A stretch of DNA of 64,000 nt from Pontiella sp. GTDB lineage: Bacteria > Verrucomicrobiota > Kiritimatiellia > Kiritimatiellales > Pontiellaceae. A program made the translations under genes and the position numbers. Of the stretch, positions 41,134 through 50,256 are shown piece by piece. Within the stretch, counting starts at the first letter, position 1. Every line of letters begins with the position of its first letter. Location: assembly GCA_050290185.1 (NCBI GenBank), contig JBNKHE010000002.1:64001-128000 (forward strand), given 5' to 3'. The notes under the pieces were generated by a model, which was given only the letters and a program-made list of their open reading frames with translations, was not told the DNA's origin and did not search any database.

Positions 41134-43233
41134 TTAATCGGATGCGCCGGCATTCAAAAGCCGGGCTTTTTCCACCAGGCGAATGAACTCGGAGCGGTAG
41201 CCTTCCGCATCTTCGCCACGGGCGGTTTTAGCGCGTTCTATGACTTTCCCAAAGCTCGCATTGCCCTTGAATTCGGAGTCACGCAGCAGGAGACCGAATT
41301 CGGCAACCTCGCTGGCGAAACGGAAATTATCCGACGGCCTGCGACCTTCAACATCAGCCGCGGCAACCGTGCGCACCAGCAGCTTGCTCACATCGCTGTC
41401 CGGTTGTTTGTAGCGCAGTTTCACCGTCATCAGGTCATCGCTATCAACCAGCTGTGTCCGCTGGTACATCAGTTCCTCCGCCACCGGAACGGTCTCACCG
41501 GATCCTGCCGGAATCAGCTCGTAGAGCGCGGTCACCGTATGTCCGGCGCCCAGTTCGCCCGCATCTTTTTTATCGTCGTCGAAATCCTCCTTGGCCAACA
41601 TGCGGTTTTCGTAGCCGATCAAACGGTAGGCCTTAATCTGGGCCGGGTTGAATTCCACCTGGATTTTCACATCCTTGGCGATGGTCAGCAGCGTACCGCC
41701 CATTTCGTTGACGAGCGTCTTCTTTGCCTCGAGGATATCGTCGATGTAGGCATAGTTGCCGTTGCCCTTGTCGGCCAGCTTTTCCATCTTGGAATCCTTG
41801 AGATTGCCACGACCGAATCCAAGCACGGTGAGGTAGATCCCGGACTTTCGTTTGTCCTCGATGATACGTACCAGCTCGCCGTCGGAACTGACGCCGATGT
41901 TAAAGTCGCCGTCGGTCGCAAGGATCACGCGGTTGTTGCCGTTCTTGATGAAGCCTTCCTGCGCAGTCCGGTAGGCCAGTTCAATGCCCGCCCCGCCCGC
42001 GGTGGAACCTCCGGCATTCAATCGTTCAATTGCCTCGGCGATCCGTTCCTTGTCGGCGGTCGGCTCCAACACCAGCCCGGCGGCACCGGCATAGACCACG
42101 ATGGAAACCCGGTCCTCGGGCCGAAGCTGATCGACCAGCAGACGCATGGCGGACTTCAACAACGGAAGCTTGTCGGGGCTGTCCATCGATCCGGAAACAT
42201 CCAGCAGGAAAACGAGATTGTTCGACGGGAGATCCCGGGTGTCGACCTTCACGCCCTGCAGCCCCACCATCGCCAGCTGGTGACCATCGTTCCATGGACA
42301 GTCGGCAACCTCCAGCGAGATGGCAAAGGGATCCTCGCCCTCGGGTTCCGGATAGTTATAGTCGAAGTAGTTGATCATCTCTTCGATGCGCACGGCATCG
42401 GGCGGAGGAAGCTGGTTGTCGTTCAGGAAGCGCCGCACATTGGCATAGGCCGCCCGGTCGACATCGATCGAGAACGTCGACAGCGGGTTGTCCATTGCCA
42501 TCTTGAAAGCGTTTTCCGGAATCCAATCATACTGTTCCGTATTGAAATCGGATGCCGCCCGAGCGCGAGAAAAAGCCCCCTCGCGTTTATACTGCACCAC
42601 CCCCGATGCACTGAATCCGTCCGTATCAAACAATGCAAGGCCGTACGTGGAGGACTTATCAGCGACGGCGCTTCCTCCGGCTAGCCTGGGCATACTAACG
42701 ATATCGGACGGCACCTGAACCGGAGCTTCCGCGCCTGCCTGTTTGGACTTCGCCACCACCTGCTTACCCCACTTGGCCTCGGGGATCGGCATCGAGCCTT
42801 TATCCACGGGTACATGGATCTCTTCCCGGGCTATTTCGACCGGCTCTTTCTTGATCGCTACCACCACCGGCTCATGTTTTTTCGGGAAGATATTGAACAC
42901 AACAACACTGCCGGAAATGACGATAAACAGCGACGCCAGCGCACCGGCGGCCAAGGTCGACTTGAACTGCGGGCTGTACCAGATTTTCCCGAACCAGTGG
43001 CCGGACCCGGTCTTTTTGCGATGAATGGCATACCAGGGCTTCAGCGTTTCGGGGGCCGGAGCGCCGGCCAGGGCGTCGCCCAGCAGGGAGAGCGCTACCC
43101 GTTGCGCTTCCAGTTCGGCGCGGCACGCCACGCAGCTTTCCAGATGCTGTTCTAGGGCGCATGATTCGCTTTCACCAAGTTCGCCGTGCATGTAGGCGAC
43201 CAACTGTTTTTCAAATTGATTACATTTTTTCAT
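41134..43233 (-). CDS. Zinc-finger anti-sigma (zf-HC2) - TM - YfbK-type VWA fusion, copy 1
   Basis: HLESCVAC; TM; STFSIDVD, VRIEEMINYFDY, MIDAS DVSGS, LATDGDFN, IAKDVKIQVEFNP, DAGELGAGH. Confidence 0.9.
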   Translation of the reverse strand: MKKCNQFEKQLVAYMHGELGESESCALEQHLESCVACRAELEAQRVALSLLGDALAGAPAPETLKPWYAIHRKKTGSGHWFGKIWYSPQFKSTLAAGALASLFIVISGSVVVFNIFPKKHEPVVVAIKKEPVEIAREEIHVPVDKGSMPIPEAKWGKQVVAKSKQAGAEAPVQVPSDIVSMPRLAGGSAVADKSSTYGLALFDTDGFSASGVVQYKREGAFSRARAASDFNTEQYDWIPENAFKMAMDNPLSTFSIDVDRAAYANVRRFLNDNQLPPPDAVRIEEMINYFDYNYPEPEGEDPFAISLEVADCPWNDGHQLAMVGLQGVKVDTRDLPSNNLVFLLDVSGSMDSPDKLPLLKSAMRLLVDQLRPEDRVSIVVYAGAAGLVLEPTADKERIAEAIERLNAGGSTAGGAGIELAYRTAQEGFIKNGNNRVILATDGDFNIGVSSDGELVRIIEDKRKSGIYLTVLGFGRGNLKDSKMEKLADKGNGNYAYIDDILEAKKTLVNEMGGTLLTIAKDVKIQVEFNPAQIKAYRLIGYENRMLAKEDFDDDKKDAGELGAGHTVTALYELIPAGSGETVPVAEELMYQRTQLVDSDDLMTVKLRYKQPDSDVSKLLVRTVAAADVEGRRPSDNFRFASEVAEFGLLLRDSEFKGNASFGKVIERAKTARGEDAEGYRSEFIRLVEKARLLNAGASD

Positions 43234-43847
43234 GATACCACCCCCGCCTGGCGCAGGCTTTGGGTTAATTTGCGGGTTGCGGAATGGATCAGGGAACCGA
43301 CATAGCCTTCCGAGCGATTGATCACCGAGGCAATCTCCTTGTAGGACATCTCCTCCTGCAAACGCAGGACGAGCACTTCCCGTTCCTTCGGGCGCAGGGA
43401 ACCCAGGTGCTGCAATACCAACGCATGCCGCTCATCTCGATCGCGCCGCTTCTCATCATCATTGGCGGCATAGCGCTCTTCCTGCTTCGACTGCCGGTCA
43501 TGCAAGGACCGCAAGCGAGACTCCTTACGGATAAAGTCGACCGCCGCATTGTGCGTGGTCCGGAACAGCCATCCCTTGATAGGCACACGCCGGTTCATGA
43601 CTTTGTCCCAGTTTTCGTGAAGTCGGATGAACGCTTCCTGCACCACATCCTGGGCCGCATCCTGATTATTCAACACCCGCGTTGCATACCGGAGCAAGGT
43701 TGCCTGATATTGTTCCATAACACCCTCCAGATCCATTGATGCCGTATCCTTAACCGCAGGGGATGGCTCCAAAGGTGATTTATCGGCCTCAGGCTTTGTG
43801 CCGTGGATGATCTCTGTTTTCTTCATGTCCAACGTACCAAATACCAT
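43230..43847 (-). CDS. ECF sigma factor, copy 1
   Basis: AQDVVQEAFIRL, WLFRTTHN, MSYKEIA; ATGA overlap with the anti-sigma-VWA gene. Confidence 0.9.
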   Translation of the reverse strand: MVFGTLDMKKTEIIHGTKPEADKSPLEPSPAVKDTASMDLEGVMEQYQATLLRYATRVLNNQDAAQDVVQEAFIRLHENWDKVMNRRVPIKGWLFRTTHNAAVDFIRKESRLRSLHDRQSKQEERYAANDDEKRRDRDERHALVLQHLGSLRPKEREVLVLRLQEEMSYKEIASVINRSEGYVGSLIHSATRKLTQSLRQAGVVS

Positions 43848-43898
43848 AGGTCGATCCCCTAGTCCATCGGTCCTGTCAATTTACGGACTTCATAGTGG

Positions 43899-43925
43899 AT
43901 ACGCCTTCCGGGTGTATTTTCTTTG
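43899..43925 (-). promoter_or_regulatory. Putative ECF promoter CAAAGA-N16-CGTAT, copy 1
   Basis: Same elements and spacing as 53410-53436. Confidence 0.7.
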
Positions 43926-43946
43926 CGGCGTCCCGAACAATATTTA

Positions 43947-46900
43947 TCACGCGCTCCGTCTCAGACGGCCCAGCCAGCATCCTGAAACCAGAATGAGACC
44001 GGCAGACAGAGCAACCACAACCGTCTGGACCGCACGTCCGCCCCGGGAGGGCGCGGCGCTGAACTTCACTTCCATCTCGGTATCGGACTGGAGCTGCAGC
44101 GTACGCGTGAATCCGAGTCGGGTTCCCTGCTGGGCCATGACCACCCGTATCGGATGGACTTCGACGGCAGCCGCCTGCTGCTGGTCGAGCATGCGTTCCG
44201 CAAGGTTACTCAGTGCACTGCTTTCCTTTTCACCCAATTGCGCCTCGATCTTCTGCACATCGTTACCCGACCATTGCTCGACCGGAACCATTTCGTTGCC
44301 ATCGGTCAGGTTCAGCGACTGCTTCAGCTGGTTGCGGCGGTTAACCAGTCCAACCACACCCTGCTGCCGCACCAGATTGCGGTACTGCACCCGGGCGTCC
44401 TCATTGAGATCCTGCTGTCCCTGCGAGTAGGAGATGGCCTGTTCGAACGCCTTGCGGGCACCGCGCTGATCACCGCTTTCCATGTAGCTGTTGGCCGTCA
44501 CGATGCTTTCCTTGGCGCTGTCGCCAAACTGCTGCGAGGTATCGGCGTTATAGCGGATGTATTCAGCTTCGCTGAAGGTCGCCATGCGCGACTTCCAGGG
44601 GGATGCCGCTTCCTGGTATTCCAGTGTTCCATCAAAGCCGGAATAGCGGTATCCATCCGGTGCATAAAACGTCCAGACCACATCGCGCAGGGGCAGCTTG
44701 AATTGCGGGCCCATAAAATCGAGCTTGCGACCAAACCAACTCTTTTTCCACGACTGGGCATACATGACCTCCACCGCCGCGGACTGGTCTGTCCCGGGTT
44801 CGATAGGAATCAGGTAGAGGCCCTCCTCCACCAGCGGGCGAACCGCAGTCTCGTTGACAAAGACCGACCAGATCTGCGCACCTTCCGGAAGCCGCATTTC
44901 AAGGAAGCGGAGCGCACCGGGATCGAGCGTCATGGCCATGTTGTTGAGGGTCTGGCCGTCCATGGTAATGAGTGAATCGAGCCGGACGGAGCGGACCTGC
45001 GCCGGCAGGACTTCGGCGGCATCATGGCGCACGGCATTGAGCTTCAGGGCATAATCGCGTTCGGTGGCGCGATAGCAGAGTACCGCATCGGACAGATCGC
45101 CGGCACCAAAGCGGTGCGGAATGCTGCGGGCATCCTCGGCTCGCAGCGACTCGGGAACCTCAGCCGGCTTGACCTGCAGGCGTCCACTGGAAAGAACCGT
45201 AATGTAGCCTTTCTGGCTGTCGGTGCCGACTGTCTGCAGCGGATGGATGACGAGTTCTGAATTGTCGTGGGCGAACGGAACCTGATACGCCACTTCCATA
45301 CCGTAGCGGTCTTCAACCTTGCCGTGCAGTTCCACTTCCCAGAGACCCTCTTCCTCATTGATTCTGCGCACCCGGGCAATGTTGCGTCCGGAAACCACCA
45401 GCGCAATGTCCGGACGCGGCGGCTGAAGCAGGAAGGTTTTCACGCCGGCATGCTCGATCTCGTATTGTACATAGCAACGGACCTTGAGCATTCCTTCCGA
45501 AAGCGCAATGCGTTGCAGAACTTCGGTCTTTACCTGGGGTTCGAGCACCTCCGAATGGAGATGGATCGACCAGTCGGGGCGCAACAGCCGGTAGGCCAGG
45601 CTGCCCTCCTGCCGGATACCCATCTCACGCGGATTGATTTCGCTGACGCCATCGCGCAACGCCGGTGTGATCCGGATACCGCGCTCCACAGTTACCCCCA
45701 GGGAGCCTGTATGCTTCAGTACCCCATCGATTCGGATGCGCGGCATCGTGAAATCCGCATCGAGGTCGCGGCCGGATCGGCTGAGCACCAGATTCAGCGG
45801 CACGTCTCCCAGGATCTGGCGCTTGAAGTTGACGACCACCTCACGGGCGGCACTATTCACTTCATCCCAATGACTGATGGCGTCGCCGGTCAGCGAATCG
45901 ACATCAAACCCCTCTGGAATCCGAATACGCAACGAAAAGATTCCGGACTTGCTGACCTTAATATTGAGTCGGCTCGTCATGCGCATCTGCTCAGTGGCGA
46001 TATCCAGGCTCGTGTCTTCGACCAGACGCAGCTCGGGCAGCACCTCGTCGGCCGAAACGTGGGCCGAAAACGGCAAGAGATTGTAGCGGAAGGCCCGCTT
46101 GATCGAGCCCTCGGCGGAAATCTCCAGAAGACGGGCGGCATCGCCGATATTGATTCCGCTCAGTGCATCGACCGACTCGATATCGATCTGAACCGCATCC
46201 GGCGAAGCCATCGCCACCACACCGCGCTGCATGGCGGCCCCCTGAACGGCGATCCCTTGGAGTGTGATATCGTAGGGGAGTTTGTCGCGCGCAATCTGCG
46301 CACCGATCTGCATGCGGTAAGACTCGGTGGCCGGCACCGACAGCACCACTTCCAGCAGGCCGGTATCGGGATCGTAGCGCCAGGTGGCCACTTCGCTGCC
46401 GCGAACCTCCGTAATGCTCATGCCGGCAGGAACATCGAACCGCAGGTTCTGCAACTCGCCCTGTGCAATGTTAAACCGGACATCGTGCCGCAGATCAACC
46501 ATACCGGGTTGGAAGTCGGCCAGCGTGTTGACATCGCAGAAAAAACGCGCCTGCTCCAGATCGGTTTTGCGTTCCTCGGGTTTCCAGCCAAGCGTGCATA
46601 GACTCGTTCGGCTGCCGAACAGCACCTCCGCCCGGACCCCTTCCTGCCGGATGCGGATGGCCTCTTTCGACTGCAGGTTCCATCCTTCGACCGGCAGGGT
46701 AATGACTGCCGCATTTTGCAGGGATGCGGGAATCCAAAGGTTTGCGTTCCATACGCCTTCGTCATAATCCGCTTCCACCAGATAATCGACCGACACCTTG
46801 TATTTCCCACCGCGTTCCACGTGCAGCGTGCATCCGTTTTCATCCTGCACAACCTGCAGACGGCGCGAGGACAGATCGTAGTTCTTAATCACGAAACCGG

Positions 46901-49900
46901 GCCCAAGAAGCTGGAGCGTTTCGCCTTCTTCAGCCTTCATTTCCAGTTCCATGTGCACATTAACATTCACGCGGCTTTCGGTTTCGAACTCCGGCACGGA
47001 AACCGTCAAATCAACGCGTTGCGCCACTGCAGATTTGGGTGTCGACGGTTCTTCCTTGCCCTGTACCGTCGTGCATCCGGCGGCCAAAACCGCCATCACG
47101 GCCAGAATCAGGCCCAACAGCCTGATCTGTACCGAACCCTCCGAACCGGTGGTCGGCATTTCGGGCTGATAGGCGGGCATCTTTTTTTCGCCACGCCGTT
47201 CCGGGTCGCTTTCACCGGACCGGCGACCGGCCAGCCAACAGGTGGTAAACAGCAACGCCAGCGGGAACAGAAGGGTTACCCATGCCAGATAGGGGCTGAA
47301 GGCGCAGACTGCGGCCAGTAACGCAACTGCCGGCATCAGCAGTTTTTGTTTTCGCGTAATCAGCACCCACCCCAGCGGCACCAGGCCCACCAATAACAGC
47401 AGCAGGGTTTGAGCGGCTTCATATCCGGCTCCTACCATTTTAAGATTCACCAACAATCCACCGTCGGAACCGGAAACCGACTTGGTGAAGACCCACTCCG
47501 TCGGTATATCGGCCGATACGGTAAGCATTCCAAGTACAACATACAGCGCCACACCGCCAACCACCAGAACCCCACCCAGCTCAACGAGGACCAGTAAAAA
47601 CCGGATAAAGGAAAAACCACGCAGGCGTCCGCGCAAATACAGCGCAGCAGCCAATAACGCCACGGCAACGATCCAGAAGACCAGCATTTCAGAGCCAAAG
47701 TTCAACAGCATGGCTCCCAGTCCCGTTTTCCGACCGGACAACGGTCCTGGCATTTCCATATTCCCCTTAGCAGAGGCAAGACGTTTCCCGTCCGGCAACC
47801 GGAATGCCCAGCGGGCGAAAACCGCCTGGGCGTCCACTTCAGGGGCCTTGAATTCCATCCAGGAAACCATGCCCGGCTCCTTGAGCTGCTGGGCATAAGT
47901 GATCTCCACCTTGAGCGGAGCGTTGGGATCGCGCCGGCGTTCCACCGGAATCAGTACTTCACCGTCACCACGATCGAGAACCTGGGTCTTGCTCCCCTCC
48001 ACCTTGACAGACCACAGCGATGCATCCTCCGGAAGGCGCATCGAGAAATATTGGCGGTCCGTATTCTTGACGTGATAAACTGCCACGGTGACGGCTTCGC
48101 CGTCCTTGCTGATGGTGGTGTCGAAGGTGGTATGATCCGCCACCTGGGTCAACAGTGGCTGGATTGAGAAACGCTTGATCCGCACCTGCGCCTCGTGCGG
48201 AGTGGCCACATACTTGTAGGCATGCATGATCGTATCGTTGACCAGCAATGCATACTCTTCCGGAATCTCGCCGACATCAATCGGCAGGATGGTCGTATCA
48301 TGCCCGATTTCCTCATCGAGCGAGAGATTGGCGGCACCGGCCAGAGCGATATAGCCCGTTTCATTTTCGATATCCAGCGTTCGAATCCCGCCGAGCAACA
48401 GCTCTTCCCCCTGGTATTTTGCCGGATGATCGTAGGTGACCAGCAACGTGTAGTCGCCGAGTACCTTCTGCTGAAGATGGATCGTCCATTCATCGCCGTC
48501 CCGCGTCCAATTGCGGATATCCCGCCCGTGCAACTCCACATTACGGTATGCCGGCGGAACCCGCAGTGTAAAACTGCGCGTCGGCGCATTGGCTACGTTG
48601 TAGGTGACCAGACAGCTGCCAAATACCCCACTCTCGCCCAGTGAAACCAGCTGGAACGATTCAGCATGGATCGACGATTCCTCCTGGCGGACGCTGACGC
48701 GTCCGGACCAGTCCGGGCTCTTGAACCGGAAAGCCTGCCGCGCATCGGTAATCCGGATCGGCAGCGAGCCGGTATTCACTTCGCGCAACCCGGCAAGGTC
48801 GGTTCCCTCCAGACGGGTTCCCGTTTCGCCACGTAGCACAAGGAAGCCACGCTCGGACCGGGCCCCCGACACCTTGAATGTGGGAATGCCGAAACCCGTG
48901 GCCCCTTCCGGCAGGGTTCTTTCCAGCCGCACCTGAAGTAACGTGCGCGTGTCCACCGCCTTTTTGAAATAGACCTTGATCCAACGCGAACCCTCGCGGT
49001 CGCGCACATCGTAGTCCGCCACGTTCTGGCCTTCCACGGCGGCAACGGTCCAATCCTTCGATACCTCCAGTTCCACCTCCCGGGTGGGTGCGTCGCGAAC
49101 TTCGAGATCGACCTTTGCGTCGACCGAGGCATCAAATTCGCTCAAAGCCAGCACCAACTGATTTTCCGCATCGAGCGAGGTCACAATGTTATCGGCCGTG
49201 AGCTTCATACTGAATGGCATGTTTGCGAACATATAGGCATACAGTCCGCGCGCCGGCCGGCTGAGTGGGTCCCAGTTGATGGCATCCGGTTCCACCTGGG
49301 TCAGTCCACCCAATCCATCGACCAGCAACTTGATGGTGCTGTCCGTGCCCACCAGCACCACGCCGTTGGCGCGGATAACATCCTGCGGCTCAATAACCGG
49401 AAATTCAAAGGAACAGGGAAAATCCGAAAGCGACTGCTCCGCCTGCACCGTCAGAACATATTGTTTTTCGTGGGGACGGCTTAGCTCGACATGCAGCTGG
49501 CGCGCCGTATCGTTTCCACGTACATCCCAGGAGAGAACATCTTCGCCGTTGACCTGGATAATGTTCAGGCCGGCCGGCAGCGCCAGCGAGAGTTCCTTCA
49601 TGCGGCCCTGCGGAATGGTGTAGATAAACTGTCCCTGCAACAACAGGGCGCCGACTTTGGCCGAGCCCACAAAAATGCTGTCGCACGAGGCTACGAGTTC
49701 CCCGGAAAGTTTTTCGAGTTCGGGGCTCCAATCGATCCGTACCGTACCGGTCGGCGGCAGATAGGCCTGAAGGCGTTTTTCGTCGAGTTTCTCCGTGCTC
49801 GGGGCGTTGGCCACCTCGACCTTGTAGCCCTCTTTTTCGGCATCCAGCGTGATTTTTCGCACCGTGGCGGACGGCAGCCCGAAAACCGCCGCCCGCCGCT

Positions 49901-50216
49901 GACCGGAGGAGAAGACCTTGGCTTCAAAATCGATTTCGACGTCCTGCTTGCCGTTCTTGCCAAACTCGATGTAGTAAGTGCCGTCCTCCAGCACCATCTC
50001 CGCACCGCGCGGCAAATCCAGTTTTGTGGGAACCACGCCGCCCTCCAGCACCATGATGCGAACCGGAGCCCCTTCAACCTGCGCCTCGAACGTCATTTTC
50101 AGGGCCAGCTCATCTTCGGAAATTCGGCCTGTCAGTTCTACCTGCTTGATCGCCACATCAGCCACGGCCACACCGGCGAGCAGACACATCAAAAAAACCA
50201 TCCATATACGTTTCAT
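43947..50216 (-). CDS. Giant (2089 aa) hypothetical membrane protein with two homologous halves of repeated beta-rich modules
   Basis: GAGG RBS; signal peptide; repeated modules; central multi-TM block; C-terminal TM plus basic tail. Confidence 0.85.
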   Translation of the reverse strand: MKRIWMVFLMCLLAGVAVADVAIKQVELTGRISEDELALKMTFEAQVEGAPVRIMVLEGGVVPTKLDLPRGAEMVLEDGTYYIEFGKNGKQDVEIDFEAKVFSSGQRRAAVFGLPSATVRKITLDAEKEGYKVEVANAPSTEKLDEKRLQAYLPPTGTVRIDWSPELEKLSGELVASCDSIFVGSAKVGALLLQGQFIYTIPQGRMKELSLALPAGLNIIQVNGEDVLSWDVRGNDTARQLHVELSRPHEKQYVLTVQAEQSLSDFPCSFEFPVIEPQDVIRANGVVLVGTDSTIKLLVDGLGGLTQVEPDAINWDPLSRPARGLYAYMFANMPFSMKLTADNIVTSLDAENQLVLALSEFDASVDAKVDLEVRDAPTREVELEVSKDWTVAAVEGQNVADYDVRDREGSRWIKVYFKKAVDTRTLLQVRLERTLPEGATGFGIPTFKVSGARSERGFLVLRGETGTRLEGTDLAGLREVNTGSLPIRITDARQAFRFKSPDWSGRVSVRQEESSIHAESFQLVSLGESGVFGSCLVTYNVANAPTRSFTLRVPPAYRNVELHGRDIRNWTRDGDEWTIHLQQKVLGDYTLLVTYDHPAKYQGEELLLGGIRTLDIENETGYIALAGAANLSLDEEIGHDTTILPIDVGEIPEEYALLVNDTIMHAYKYVATPHEAQVRIKRFSIQPLLTQVADHTTFDTTISKDGEAVTVAVYHVKNTDRQYFSMRLPEDASLWSVKVEGSKTQVLDRGDGEVLIPVERRRDPNAPLKVEITYAQQLKEPGMVSWMEFKAPEVDAQAVFARWAFRLPDGKRLASAKGNMEMPGPLSGRKTGLGAMLLNFGSEMLVFWIVAVALLAAALYLRGRLRGFSFIRFLLVLVELGGVLVVGGVALYVVLGMLTVSADIPTEWVFTKSVSGSDGGLLVNLKMVGAGYEAAQTLLLLLVGLVPLGWVLITRKQKLLMPAVALLAAVCAFSPYLAWVTLLFPLALLFTTCWLAGRRSGESDPERRGEKKMPAYQPEMPTTGSEGSVQIRLLGLILAVMAVLAAGCTTVQGKEEPSTPKSAVAQRVDLTVSVPEFETESRVNVNVHMELEMKAEEGETLQLLGPGFVIKNYDLSSRRLQVVQDENGCTLHVERGGKYKVSVDYLVEADYDEGVWNANLWIPASLQNAAVITLPVEGWNLQSKEAIRIRQEGVRAEVLFGSRTSLCTLGWKPEERKTDLEQARFFCDVNTLADFQPGMVDLRHDVRFNIAQGELQNLRFDVPAGMSITEVRGSEVATWRYDPDTGLLEVVLSVPATESYRMQIGAQIARDKLPYDITLQGIAVQGAAMQRGVVAMASPDAVQIDIESVDALSGINIGDAARLLEISAEGSIKRAFRYNLLPFSAHVSADEVLPELRLVEDTSLDIATEQMRMTSRLNIKVSKSGIFSLRIRIPEGFDVDSLTGDAISHWDEVNSAAREVVVNFKRQILGDVPLNLVLSRSGRDLDADFTMPRIRIDGVLKHTGSLGVTVERGIRITPALRDGVSEINPREMGIRQEGSLAYRLLRPDWSIHLHSEVLEPQVKTEVLQRIALSEGMLKVRCYVQYEIEHAGVKTFLLQPPRPDIALVVSGRNIARVRRINEEEGLWEVELHGKVEDRYGMEVAYQVPFAHDNSELVIHPLQTVGTDSQKGYITVLSSGRLQVKPAEVPESLRAEDARSIPHRFGAGDLSDAVLCYRATERDYALKLNAVRHDAAEVLPAQVRSVRLDSLITMDGQTLNNMAMTLDPGALRFLEMRLPEGAQIWSVFVNETAVRPLVEEGLYLIPIEPGTDQSAAVEVMYAQSWKKSWFGRKLDFMGPQFKLPLRDVVWTFYAPDGYRYSGFDGTLEYQEAASPWKSRMATFSEAEYIRYNADTSQQFGDSAKESIVTANSYMESGDQRGARKAFEQAISYSQGQQDLNEDARVQYRNLVRQQGVVGLVNRRNQLKQSLNLTDGNEMVPVEQWSGNDVQKIEAQLGEKESSALSNLAERMLDQQQAAAVEVHPIRVVMAQQGTRLGFTRTLQLQSDTEMEVKFSAAPSRGGRAVQTVVVALSAGLILVSGCWLGRLRRSA

Positions 50217-50256
50217 ATTCCACCTCGTCAGTTAATCGTCCCCAAATACTTGCCAA

